A stretch of 64,000 nt of DNA from Thermoproteota archaeon (GCA_030550585.1 JAUQPB010000003.1:196333-260332); one strand, 5' to 3'; positions 31,496 through 41,210 are shown, counted from the stretch's first letter. Notes: a model not told the origin generated them from the letters alone. A program made the numbers and translations.

Positions 31496-31849
31496 GTGAT
31501 CGAAATGTATTTCTGTCCGAAATGTGGTGCTGTTATGATTGTAAAAAATGTAGAGGGCATTTCAACGCTTATCTGTGTCAAATGTGGTTATAAAAAGGTT
31601 TTGGAAGGAAGCCTTTCTTTGGGCATGAAAAAGACCACTGTATTTACAAAATATGTTGAGAGAAGAGAGGGGGTAATGTTCGATATCCCGCCTATGGCAA
31701 TATTTGACGAGTCTATTTCATGTCCCCACTGCGGTAAGAGGGGTGTTTATTACTGGAGAAAACAAGTTTCTTCTGCTGAGAGCTCTGACTCTATAATTAA
31801 AACCTTTAAATGCTCGAACTGTGGCTATACATGGATTGAGACCGAATAG
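31496..31849 (+). CDS. TFS/RpoM-like two-zinc-ribbon protein lacking the catalytic DE dyad
   Basis: FCPKC..CVKCGY and CPHCG..CSNCGYTW; loop QVSSAESSDS instead of QTRxADE. Confidence 0.8.
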   Translation: MIEMYFCPKCGAVMIVKNVEGISTLICVKCGYKKVLEGSLSLGMKKTTVFTKYVERREGVMFDIPPMAIFDESISCPHCGKRGVYYWRKQVSSAESSDSIIKTFKCSNCGYTWIETE

Positions 31850-31873
31850 TTAGAAACGACTTTGCTAAGAGAC

Positions 31874-32794
31874 CTAGGCTTTTGCTATTATAGCCTCAAT
31901 TACTCTAAGATTTTCCACAGCATCATATAGGCTCGGTCTGTAATCAGCTGGTTTTTGCTTTACGGTATTTATGAACCACTCTAATTCTCTTTTTAGCGGT
32001 TCGCGATACTCTACATGAATTATCCTTTCTTTTTCACCTGTATTTAACGAGCTTTGATAAAGAATTTGATTCTTAGTGGTGTCAGCCCTTATGAAATACC
32101 TTTCTGTTGCAATATCAATTTCACGAACTTTGTGAGGAGAAACACCGTCTACATGTATAATGCAATGGATATTGCTTACAGTTTTTAAAAATGCAAATAA
32201 AATCTCATCATATGTCAACCTGATTCTTTGCACCTTGATAACCTCACTTATTTCACTATCTGTCAGATACCTACATAGATCTATATCATGTACACCAAGA
32301 TCCAATAATATGGGATAAGCAAGCATATGGGAAGGTCTTCTAGACAGTCTTTTAAATATGATATAAAATATGTCTTCATTTTTCAAGAGCTCCTTAAGCT
32401 TATTTATGGTGCTGTCAAAGCGCATTATCATGCCAGGAGCCGCTATAACGTTATTCGATTGGGCTATTCTCCAGAGTTTTATAGCGTCATTTACATTTGT
32501 TGCAACAGGCTTCTCTATGAGTGCATGCACACCCTCAGTTAAAGCATCTTCTGCAACCTTGGATAGAGAGTCTATAGATGTTGAAATAACTACAGCATCT
32601 ACATATTGAAGAATCTCCCTATGATCGGTTTTCGCCATCGGTATTTTGAATTCGTCTCTAATACTTGATAATACATCGTCTCTAACATCACACACAGCCT
32701 CCAGCCTCACCTTACCCTCTGCTTCCAATTCTTTCAGCACCCTTACATGGTTTCTACCCCATCTACCAACACCTATTACACCAATTCTTAGCAT
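31874..32794 (-). CDS. Gfo/Idh/MocA oxidoreductase (WbpB/WlbA-like)
   Basis: IGVGRWGRNH, LIEKP, DLGVHDID. Confidence 0.88.
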   Translation of the reverse strand: MLRIGVIGVGRWGRNHVRVLKELEAEGKVRLEAVCDVRDDVLSSIRDEFKIPMAKTDHREILQYVDAVVISTSIDSLSKVAEDALTEGVHALIEKPVATNVNDAIKLWRIAQSNNVIAAPGMIMRFDSTINKLKELLKNEDIFYIIFKRLSRRPSHMLAYPILLDLGVHDIDLCRYLTDSEISEVIKVQRIRLTYDEILFAFLKTVSNIHCIIHVDGVSPHKVREIDIATERYFIRADTTKNQILYQSSLNTGEKERIIHVEYREPLKRELEWFINTVKQKPADYRPSLYDAVENLRVIEAIIAKA

Positions 32795-34209
32795 AGCGTC
32801 TCGCCATACAAAGATCTAAAATGTATGATAAGCAACAACATTAAAAGCATTTGCATAACTATAACAAGAGATACGAGAATAATCTTCTTGAAGCTAATCA
32901 ACGATGCCATGTATATAATGGAATCTAGAACATCGCTTGGAGTGAGTATCCTAATAGGTGATAGTGAATATTGCTGAATTATGCTAATAGCATAGATAAT
33001 ATAGTAGTTGATCGACTGCATAAGCAATGCGCGAGCATCCCAATAACCGATGTCCTCGGCTATGAATGTTGGTTTTTCGCTTATGGCAGGTGCTAAGTAA
33101 AGAAATATGGCACTCATTGGTATAGAAACTAGCAACACTATTAAGGATGTTATGATATAGAATTTCTTTAGATTTGCGCATCCAAATGCCATTAACGATG
33201 TCGGCACAAACCAAACCACGTAGTTGATGTTTCCAATCTTACTAAATGTAATAGTTAGTATAAGTGATATTGAGGTTGATACAGCTAAGAACCCTAGTGA
33301 AAAACTAGGCTTTTGTTTCAATATTGTGAAGAGACCTAAAAATGTTGATAGATATGCTATTAGAAATGGTATCATCCAGAGCTTGTTTAGGAGACTATTA
33401 TACATGTTGATGCCAGATTCCAGCACAAATGTTGCTATAGCCCATGGCGATGCATCTTGTGGAGGCCTCGATGCATGAAAGCTTATAACATTCTCTATGA
33501 AGCTATTGCCAGATGCAAATAGAAATGGTGCTGTAATAGCCATTCCAACTGCCACTGCTATAGCAACATATTCAAGCGCTTTTTTTGCCCCATTCTTCTT
33601 ATATATGAAAATTAGGTGTAGCGGTGCAATAACAGCAGCTACTGGTTTTATTAGTGTTGCTATAGCTGTTGATATTGCTGCTTTGCGGTATTCCCCGTGC
33701 CATGTGTAGATAGTTGAAAGAAGTATGAAGAGGGCTAGAAGAACATCGAATTGAAGTGCAAATAAAATTTGGAGAAACGGTAAGCTCAGTAGCCAGAGCA
33801 TAGCTATTTCAGATCCTCTATACCTCTTGATAATCCTGAATATTATGTAAGCTGGTATGACAACAAGCACAAGCTTTAGTATAATGTATCTAACTTGATA
33901 TGGTGCCAACATAGCCAGAGCATAGACAGAAACAAAGGTTATCACAGCTATGGGTGGGTAGGGAGCTTTGCATGAAGGTGCTTCACATAGTTTGTATATG
34001 GAGAATATTGACTGAGGCCCATGTTTCTCCACGATTCTGTACCAGGAGACCCACCACATTATATCGTAGTAGTTCCAGCCGATGACCAGAGAGGCGGCTA
34101 GAAGTGCTATTATTAAGGCTACCACATATTTTCTCTGCTTGTTGTAGAGACTAGGAAACTCCTTGTAACATCTTTCTCTATCATACGAAAGCTCTTTTGC
34201 AGATATCAT
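32788..34209 (-). CDS. GT-C-type multi-pass membrane glycosyltransferase (GT87-like)
   Basis: YDIMWW, PYPP, QFD, LIKP motifs; more than 10 TM segments. Confidence 0.65.
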   Translation of the reverse strand: MISAKELSYDRERCYKEFPSLYNKQRKYVVALIIALLAASLVIGWNYYDIMWWVSWYRIVEKHGPQSIFSIYKLCEAPSCKAPYPPIAVITFVSVYALAMLAPYQVRYIILKLVLVVIPAYIIFRIIKRYRGSEIAMLWLLSLPFLQILFALQFDVLLALFILLSTIYTWHGEYRKAAISTAIATLIKPVAAVIAPLHLIFIYKKNGAKKALEYVAIAVAVGMAITAPFLFASGNSFIENVISFHASRPPQDASPWAIATFVLESGINMYNSLLNKLWMIPFLIAYLSTFLGLFTILKQKPSFSLGFLAVSTSISLILTITFSKIGNINYVVWFVPTSLMAFGCANLKKFYIITSLIVLLVSIPMSAIFLYLAPAISEKPTFIAEDIGYWDARALLMQSINYYIIYAISIIQQYSLSPIRILTPSDVLDSIIYMASLISFKKIILVSLVIVMQMLLMLLLIIHFRSLYGETLC

Positions 34210-34280
34210 ATATAAGACCGGTGAGCCTAAGCCTAACCAAAAGGTTTCGAGAAGTATTTAAATAGTTTTTGGATGCTATC

Positions 34281-34682
34281 CTACGAGCACTTGAGTATCT
34301 CTAGGGCTATCTCTGTAAATGTTTTGCCTTTTTCATTCTCAAGCTTCTTAATTTTTTGATAGAGCTCTATATGAGCCTTATCTTTCTGCCTAACGAAATA
34401 TGTTATATGATTAACAAGATGCCTTGCATCAGTAAAGGTCTTGCCACATGCTTCGCAGCGCCAGCAAGGACCTTCAGCAATCCTCTTTTCACCTGCAGAA
34501 GCTGCAGCTGGGGTAGCGGTGGTTGCTGTAATAGGCTTGCCCAGGATCTCGTACCAAAGCTTGTAAGGGTCTTCGTTGCATATTCTGGCAATTGATCTCA
34601 CAACCTCTATAGTGAATGGTGCTCCCGAGCTCCTAGCAATATCGATGAGATTTTTGCTACAGTCTTTCAAGTTTTCCGCCAA
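34281..34682 (-). CDS. C2H2-type zinc-finger protein
   Basis: CEACGKTFTDARHLVNH. Confidence 0.65.
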   Translation of the reverse strand: MAENLKDCSKNLIDIARSSGAPFTIEVVRSIARICNEDPYKLWYEILGKPITATTATPAAASAGEKRIAEGPCWRCEACGKTFTDARHLVNHITYFVRQKDKAHIELYQKIKKLENEKGKTFTEIALEILKCS

Positions 34683-34739
34683 GAAAAAGTCTGTTTTTAA
34701 GATGCGCCTAAATTAGGTTTACTACAAATAGCATTATGT

Positions 34740-34799
34740 AGCATGATGAATGTGGTGGCCTTGCTGAATAGATATGATGATGCTTAGAAGGGCTGAGAA
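34740..34799 (+). ncRNA. Box C/D guide sRNA (D guide matches tRNA-Arg(UCU) anticodon loop)
   Basis: C ATGATGA (34743) - atgtggtggccttg - D' CTGA - C' ATGATGA - tgcttagaaggg - D CTGA (34793). Confidence 0.85.
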
Positions 34800-34862
34800 G
34801 CGGTTAACCTATCGCGATATTTATCTAAGGCTTATAAAGTCTTATCAAATAAACTATCCTAG

Positions 34863-34954
34863 GCCGCCGTAGCTCAGCCCGGTAGAGCGCCGGACTCATA
34901 TGCTAAATGGGTTGGGAGATCCGGTGGTCGCGGGTTCAAGTCCCGCCGGCGGCA
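34863..34954 (+). tRNA. tRNA-Met(CAT), elongator, with 18-nt intron at 37/38 (34901-34918)
   Basis: Acceptor GCCGCCG/CGGCGGC-A, anticodon stem CCGGA/TCCGG with CT-CAT-A|intron|A, T loop GTTCAAG; TATA box TTATAAA about 30 nt upstream. Confidence 0.93.
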
Positions 34955-35025
34955 CTAATCAATTCTAATATTGGGTTCCAACCTAATAAATATGTTATTC
35001 GAGTGATAATATCTTTGGTGCGTTT

Positions 35026-35499
35026 ATGTTGCCTTATCCAACTTTTAGACTAGATGATGTAGAAATATGTGTTTATACAATAGACGATGAGAGAGAAGAT
35101 AGCTGTGTTCCAGAAGCGCTACAAGCACTATACGAAATATCATCGTTTTTAGGCGTGAAAATAAGATATTCAACACTATCATCATTTGCAAACTATGTGA
35201 GAACCCTAACCACGTTGACAGATTTTGAAAAAGAGCAACTAATAGACTTGCTAAAGTCATTGGTAACAAGCTACAGAAGATACGATTATGAAGAGTCGAA
35301 GAGAGCAGCACAAAAAATATTCAAAATAGTTATCGGAGCACAAATCGACTTCAAATCAGCAAAAGACGCAATTGAAATAGCGTTGAACGCTGTATACGCA
35401 TCAATAGCAACCTCCATAGACTCATCAAACTACGAACCAATAGAAAAGGAAATAGCAATAGACCTTATAAAGCTGCAAGAAGTAAACACCGTGGCTTAA
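35026..35499 (+). CDS. Hypothetical helical protein between two tRNA genes
   Basis: 157-aa ORF with GGTG RBS. Confidence 0.55.
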   Translation: MLPYPTFRLDDVEICVYTIDDEREDSCVPEALQALYEISSFLGVKIRYSTLSSFANYVRTLTTLTDFEKEQLIDLLKSLVTSYRRYDYEESKRAAQKIFKIVIGAQIDFKSAKDAIEIALNAVYASIATSIDSSNYEPIEKEIAIDLIKLQEVNTVA

Positions 35500-35567
35500 C
35501 ATTTTCAAAACAAATAACCCATTTAAACACAACAGTTTAAAACCCTTAGACTATTGAAAAGGTAATA

Positions 35568-35641
35568 GGGGCCGTAGTTTAGCTTGGTAGAATGCGGGGC
35601 TTGGGCCCCCGTGGTCCGGGGTTCAAATCCCCGCGGCCCCA
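35568..35641 (+). tRNA. tRNA-Pro(TGG)
   Basis: GGGGCCG/CGGCCCC-A acceptor, CGGGG-CTTGGGC-CCCCG anticodon arm, GTTCAAAT. Confidence 0.95.
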
Positions 35642-35931
35642 TCAAACCAATGTTAGAGCCGTTACTTAATGTTTGTAACAACTATGTGGCTATGTCTATC
35701 GATTGTGAACATAATTGTACTTCCGATGTCTAGGTTGTCGAATGATATCATGCACAGAGGCCGTGGAAGAAGGTATCCTTACTGTTTCACCTCTCTTAAC
35801 ACCGTTCACAGTATCGTCTACGGAGAGTCTCACATTAACCACGCAGTAGAAATCGTCATAGCTATGAATAATCTTCAAAGAAACTCTCATCATGCTTAGA
35901 TTCAAGCTGATCTGGTTTCATAGTATTTCGC

Positions 35932-37134
35932 TCAAGCCTTGAATTCTTTCTTATGTGAGAATAGAAATCTTAACTTGAGATATTCAAAAGAGGCTCTTAT
36001 TACACCATAACTCACAGCCTCTTCAAGGCTCCTATCAGAATTATTTATTTTGTACTTTAGAGCCCAAAGAAGAACCCAAGTTCTAGAATCCTTAGGTATA
36101 AGACCCTTAGGCAACTTCTTCCTCTTAATTCTTTTCTTAATTATTATCCATAAGCTATCGACTATAGAAAATGCTAAATGTTTACGCTTAAAAACAAAAC
36201 CTATAAGACCGTAAATGAGTAGCCTTAAAAGATATCTAAAAGGCCCTAAGTACTCATAGGTTAGGAGAAGCATGTTCTTGGAGAAGTGATAGGGGATGTT
36301 CATAAAGATGGTGGTTTCTTGTTGCTTAGAGGCTCTAAAAGACTGTTTCTGAGTACCTCCACGAACATGCCATACCATGAAATCTCTAAAAACGTATACA
36401 GGAATGCCTTTGCTCCACAATCTTAGACAAAACTCTGTATCTTCAAAATATATTACATAATCGTTACGAAGAAACCCAAACTCTTCAATAATCTCTCCTT
36501 TTATTGCAACAGCAGCAAATAGAGCGTAATGTATTGTGTAAATCAGAGGAAGTCTTTTAATAAGACTTTTGATAGTATCTGTCATTTTTACATGACATAA
36601 TATGTCTTGAGGATTACCGAGGAAATCTATAAATGCTCCCAAACTGTCAATAACAACCTCCTCTTTTTCTCCGGAAATAGTAGCTACTCCAACAACAGGA
36701 AGAATGCCAGCTAACATTTCCACCTTACTAAAGAAATTCTTATCGATAATATATGTATCGGGATTTAGAAGCAGAAGTATTTTATTTCTCAGCTCCCCTA
36801 AAATGTTCTTAGCTAAGGCTAGTCCCACGTTATTGGCAGGTGCAAAACCTAAATTATCGCTAAGCCTCACAGCAATAAAGTTAGCTTTTCTCTTTGACGA
36901 TAACCTCTCTAGAAGCAATAGAATTTCGTCATATGTATTATCCTTAGAAGCATTGTCTACTACTATCAGTAATAGCTTTGATAAGTCATAGTCCTGAGAG
37001 AATATAGAGTCTATCAGTCTATCTATGAATGCTCTAGAGTTATAGGTTACTATCAATACTACGATCTTTATCTTAGAAACATTGTAGACATGCATTCTAA
37101 GGTTTCTCACGTTATTCACCATAGTCCTTAACAA
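35932..37134 (-). CDS. Glycosyltransferase family 2
   Basis: LIVTYN, VVDNASKD, NLGFAPANN, LLNPD, YFEDTEFCLR, WHVRG. Confidence 0.9.
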   Translation of the reverse strand: MLRTMVNNVRNLRMHVYNVSKIKIVVLIVTYNSRAFIDRLIDSIFSQDYDLSKLLLIVVDNASKDNTYDEILLLLERLSSKRKANFIAVRLSDNLGFAPANNVGLALAKNILGELRNKILLLLNPDTYIIDKNFFSKVEMLAGILPVVGVATISGEKEEVVIDSLGAFIDFLGNPQDILCHVKMTDTIKSLIKRLPLIYTIHYALFAAVAIKGEIIEEFGFLRNDYVIYFEDTEFCLRLWSKGIPVYVFRDFMVWHVRGGTQKQSFRASKQQETTIFMNIPYHFSKNMLLLTYEYLGPFRYLLRLLIYGLIGFVFKRKHLAFSIVDSLWIIIKKRIKRKKLPKGLIPKDSRTWVLLWALKYKINNSDRSLEEAVSYGVIRASFEYLKLRFLFSHKKEFKA

Positions 37135-38227
37135 GATCTATAAGCTTTAACATAAAGTCCTTTGGATTTGAAGCTATTATGACATTGCCATGTCTCTCAA
37201 CTATAGGTTCTAAACCTTCAACGGCTTCCCTAGAGGCTACTATAATCTTGTCTTTGAACCTCAGATAATTAAGCATCTTAGTACTAACACCACTCATGGT
37301 GAACATTGGTGCAAGCAACACATCTGCCTCATTACATAGGAGATCATCTATATCCTCAACATAGCCCAGCATCTCAACTTCTTTCTTTATTCCAAGCTTT
37401 TCAACTAGATCGTTGAGAAGATGGCTAGCCTTTTCTCCTACCCGCCCCACAATTAATAACTTGATATTCTTTTTTGCGACCTTCTTTAGCAGGGGCAGCA
37501 TCCTTATAATGAAAGTTGCCGCCTCTAAGTTATGTTGCATTTCTAAGTCTCCTACAAATGCTAAAGTTATGGCCCTCTCCCTAGATCTAGCTCTACAGTA
37601 GCTTATTGTGCCAAGCCTGCTAGGTAGTGCATGCGGAACCACGAATATTTTCTCTTTAGGATACTCGAATTTTTGCATAATGCTCTTCGCCATATCCTCG
37701 GAAATAGCTATTACCATAGAGCTTTTAGTGAAGAAGAGCTTTTCGAGAACAAAGGTTATGTAGCTCAGAAACTTGTTTCCTCTACGCTCCTCTCTCTCTG
37801 AGAGCAGCATCTGAGGGTCAGCAATAAGCAGAGAGTTTTTATTGATAAGTCTGAGAAGTAGCAAAGAAGGTGCAAAGAGTTCGCCACCAATAATGATTAG
37901 CTTGAGCTTTTTCATCATATCTCTGAGCTTTATAGTGTTTATCAGCTGATACAGAAGAAATCTTACATAGCCTAGGATTCTCGGACTTCTCATTTCATTT
38001 CCAGGGACTTGAATTTTAAAGGCGTTTTTCATGCCAAAACTTTTTATAGAGTATCTTTCGCTACTTCTAAGACCCTCTGTATACTCGATTAAAATTACCT
38101 TGGCATCCAGTTTACTGACTATATGTTCGATTAGCGAGTACATCCTTACAAAGTGTCCATTGCTAAGTTTTTCAATGGGACCCCATCCAATCACTCCTAT
38201 GAGTCCAATACCCTTTTTACTGCTCAA
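37112..38227 (-). CDS. Glycosyltransferase family 4 (GT-B)
   Basis: VIAISE, FVGDL...HN, LGYVED, ADVLLAP, GVSTKM. Confidence 0.85.
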   Translation of the reverse strand: MSSKKGIGLIGVIGWGPIEKLSNGHFVRMYSLIEHIVSKLDAKVILIEYTEGLRSSERYSIKSFGMKNAFKIQVPGNEMRSPRILGYVRFLLYQLINTIKLRDMMKKLKLIIIGGELFAPSLLLLRLINKNSLLIADPQMLLSEREERRGNKFLSYITFVLEKLFFTKSSMVIAISEDMAKSIMQKFEYPKEKIFVVPHALPSRLGTISYCRARSRERAITLAFVGDLEMQHNLEAATFIIRMLPLLKKVAKKNIKLLIVGRVGEKASHLLNDLVEKLGIKKEVEMLGYVEDIDDLLCNEADVLLAPMFTMSGVSTKMLNYLRFKDKIIVASREAVEGLEPIVERHGNVIIASNPKDFMLKLIDLVKDYGE

Positions 38228-39623
38228 CCTTTGGAGACCCCCTAAGGTATAATATGAAGCTTAATAGGAAGAGGAGAAGCGGGATCAAATTGAAGATTAA
38301 GATACTGACGTAGAGCATTTTAAACTTTTCAGTATAAGATACTATTACGGTGAGGTTACTGTAACCGTTTGGATCTATATAATAGCCTCTAAGTCCTCTA
38401 TAACTGATGGGTTCAACTTCTAAAGGTTTGCCATTAGCATACACCTCTATTTTTACAGGATTAGGTAGGGAGCTACTATACAGTAGTGGAACTACCATTA
38501 AGGCCTTCCCACCATCTTCTTGCATGGTTATCCTAGCCTTTATGAAACTCGATTTGCATTCTAATATCTCCATCTTTGCATTACTAGGTTCTACTATCTT
38601 TATTGGAGACGTGTTCACGGGAGTTCTATATACGCTCAGCACCTCCCCATCGTATATGGTCTTAAAGTTCTCCCTTAGTATTTGATCTACGATTTCCCAG
38701 AACTTATTATAGGTATTTAGCGATCTATCTACTATTATGTACTTCACATTTAATAAGCTAAGCATGTCTAAGTAAGTTTCTGAAAGTATGGCCCTATTGC
38801 CAACCTCTACCCTCAGAAGTATTTTAACGTATAACCTTGAATTATTTATCTTTTGTAGACCATAAATTCTCAGCATAAATCCTGTAATGTGATTGGGGTC
38901 GTAGATTGAGTCTGGCCACGGCTTATCTGAAACCCCAACGGCATAGACCCTCGAAACACTACCTGGCAGGGTTATGGTATCTAAAATGTGGGCACCAGCA
39001 AAATTATCACTATATATGAAAAGCCAGGGGGTCAGCGTAACATTCTCTTCTCCACTAATACTTAGGTCTATCTCCAATAGCTTGTACATGGAGATGTTTA
39101 AGGGTCTAGTGAAAGGAAGTATTATGTCTGCGTAATCCCACCCAGACTTATGCAGAACCACATCTAGAAGTAACGATCCATTTTCAAGCAATCTTGCATA
39201 GAGGAGCTCCCCTTGCCCACCCCAAACATATGCCTTCTCAACATTAACCTGCGAAGTTAAGGAAACCCCATCAACAACCTTTAACTGAGGTCTTGTTAAC
39301 ATACCATAAACTTCCTCCCAGCTTGTGTATTCAGAATAAGGTGCAAACGTGTAGGAAAGTATTGCACCATTAAGCATATGATACCATCCAATAGAGCCTT
39401 GCCACCCCCAGGACGTTGAGACATATGTTGATGTTGCAGGCAACAATAAGATGTGCTCGTAAGGTTTAGCTTCTAGATCCATAACTATTCTATAGTCTTT
39501 AGGTATGACAAACCCTTTAATGCTTTCGTCGTAATATTGTCCAAATACCTGGCCAGAGAAAATAGGTAAAGAGGTGAGGAGCAACAATACCAGTAAGACT
39601 ATGATGAAAGCCTTAGCAAACAA
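38217..39623 (-). CDS. C-terminal half of a YfhO/AftD-like GT-C membrane protein (probably 5'-truncated)
   Basis: HILLLPATSTY..TSWG and LSLLNVKYIIVD motifs plus a C-terminal TM; the multi-TM N-terminal domain is missing and a pseudogene abuts upstream. Confidence 0.55.
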   Translation of the reverse strand: MFAKAFIIVLLVLLLLTSLPIFSGQVFGQYYDESIKGFVIPKDYRIVMDLEAKPYEHILLLPATSTYVSTSWGWQGSIGWYHMLNGAILSYTFAPYSEYTSWEEVYGMLTRPQLKVVDGVSLTSQVNVEKAYVWGGQGELLYARLLENGSLLLDVVLHKSGWDYADIILPFTRPLNISMYKLLEIDLSISGEENVTLTPWLFIYSDNFAGAHILDTITLPGSVSRVYAVGVSDKPWPDSIYDPNHITGFMLRIYGLQKINNSRLYVKILLRVEVGNRAILSETYLDMLSLLNVKYIIVDRSLNTYNKFWEIVDQILRENFKTIYDGEVLSVYRTPVNTSPIKIVEPSNAKMEILECKSSFIKARITMQEDGGKALMVVPLLYSSSLPNPVKIEVYANGKPLEVEPISYRGLRGYYIDPNGYSNLTVIVSYTEKFKMLYVSILIFNLIPLLLFLLSFILYLRGSPKVEQ

Positions 39624-39703
39624 TTTTCCAAGCAGAAATCTCCTAGCATTGGAACGGTGTTTTCTTAGATCGACGACTGAGACTAGATTTAAGAATTTAA
39701 GAA

Positions 39704-40491
39704 CTAGGCCTTAGGATCACCGTGTACTTTGAGCTCTGGTAGCTCTGGCAGGTTCGGTAGCTCAATTCTGCTCGAACCAAGCTTCTCGGCGAAGATGTTA
39801 TAAGCTGCTACAAGGGTCTTGGGACAAGGTGGTTTTACAAGGAGCTCTACTGGGGTCTCACGAGTATTGCTATGTACGCTTTCCACGGGTTGGGGGTCTT
39901 GATGTACTCTGTCACGAGCTCTAATTCCTCTAACCTTATGTTGAGGCCCACCAACATGGCTTTCATCAGCAATCTGCCTTTGAATAAACACGAGAACTCG
40001 AGCATGTCATCTAGTACTCGACTGAGAGATAGCTCGTGATGAGGTCTGTTAATTTTCTTCTACATCTACTCACCCACAGCATTCACCTTTACTGAAACGA
40101 TACCAGCACTAAGCAAGCTCTCCCTAGCCTCCTCAACATACAGCAGAGAGTCGTTGGATAGCCAGCTACGGGCTTATCATCAACCTCCTTAATGTCTGCT
40201 ATTAGTAAATCTGCTCTCTCGTCGAGGAGGGGTTCATCATCCGACACTAGCATGATGCAATCGACATCGCTGCTCCATTTCATGAGAAAGTCGCGCACCT
40301 CATCAACTATTTCACGGGGGTCATAAAATGCTGTTCTCTTGACTATGTAATTGATCGTTCTACCTAACTGGTAATACACAAGAGCACGTACAGGTCTTGT
40401 AGGGAACATGATTGATGCCTAGGCTCCTGCCCAACCTCCTAGACCTCACAAGGCCGAAGACATACCTGTATCGTTGCTTATCGTGCTCCAA
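39704..40491 (-). pseudogene. Frameshifted radical SAM (COG0731-like Fe-S oxidoreductase) pseudogene
   Basis: [30 protein letters not shown] in one frame, then YQLGRT...DEPLLD and ...LVKPP in other frames; CxxxCxxC motif broken. Confidence 0.8.
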
Positions 40492-40515
40492 AATCTACTA
40501 CCATTTTATGATGCC

Positions 40516-40658
40516 TTACCTTATTAAGGTAGGAGACTTAATGAAAACCCAGTAGAGCGGAACTATATCCCTATTCTCTTCAAACCCGCAACTGAGACAT
40601 TTCATGGTTCTCACATGTTTCTTTCTTCTTTTGAGCACTAGCTTCCCTCCGTATTTAG
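40516..40658 (-). pseudogene. 3' remnant of a TnpB-like zinc-ribbon gene (different family from 55125-56321)
   Basis: Reads (P)KYGGKLVLKRRKKHVRTMKCLSCGFEENRDIVPLYW...stop. Confidence 0.65.
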
Positions 40659-40868
40659 GGGTTCACCTCTTTGCATATTTGTATATGTATGTTTTTGTAT
40701 GATGTGTCATCGGCTCATCTTTTGAGGTCTACTCTTCGATCTGGCTTCACACTTCAATGTAGAGGCATTTTAGAGAGGTTCGGGACTCACATACGCCTGC
40801 AAAGCTTCATTGCACATCCTTAGGCATCAGTCTCGCCAAGCAGATAAACCCCTTCATTGGAAACCACA
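40659..40868 (-). mobile_element. Miniature non-autonomous derivative of the TnpB element (left leader + omegaRNA-like 3' region, tnpB deleted)
   Basis: Minus strand tgtggtttccaatgaaggggtttatc...gatgcctaagg matches 55081-55134; ...atgagccgatgac...aaagaggtgaaccc matches 56278-56333. Confidence 0.85.
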
Positions 40869-40959
40869 TAAATAGCTGTTAGCACACAGACCTAGAATTT
40901 TTGTGCTCAATAATAGAGAAAAGCGATTAAAAGTATTTAGATGTAATTAAGAACAAACA

Positions 40960-41210
40960 AAAATCAGTTACGGCCTCCATATGCACATCTTGTAGATGCC
41001 TATAATGGTAAATCTACCACCATACTAAAGCGCAGGATCCGATGTTGTTGTCTGAAGACATCAACACAATCTCAGTTCTATTGGGTTCATGCACAAGGTA
41101 GTAAACAGAATAGCAATGCAGCGACAAAGAATCCTCCTCACAGAGACCTACCAACACGTTCAAGGGTCACTGTCTAGATGCAATCTCCGTGCTCTTAAGC
41201 TTAAACACTG
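40960..41210 (-). pseudogene. Degraded gene fragment, possibly GNAT-family N-terminus
   Basis: Stop-interrupted frame ...LHCYSVYYLVHEPNRTEIVL...GSCALVWW. Confidence 0.3.

Noticed and set aside
34863-34954. Initiator tRNA-Met or tRNA-Ile2(CAT)
   Set aside because: G1-C72 pair and no GGG/CCC anticodon stem argue against initiator; the GCCGCCG acceptor fits elongator Met better than Ile2 (moderate certainty)
35669-35905. Integrase fragment next to tRNA-Pro
   Set aside because: Neither short ORF shows tyrosine- or serine-recombinase motifs
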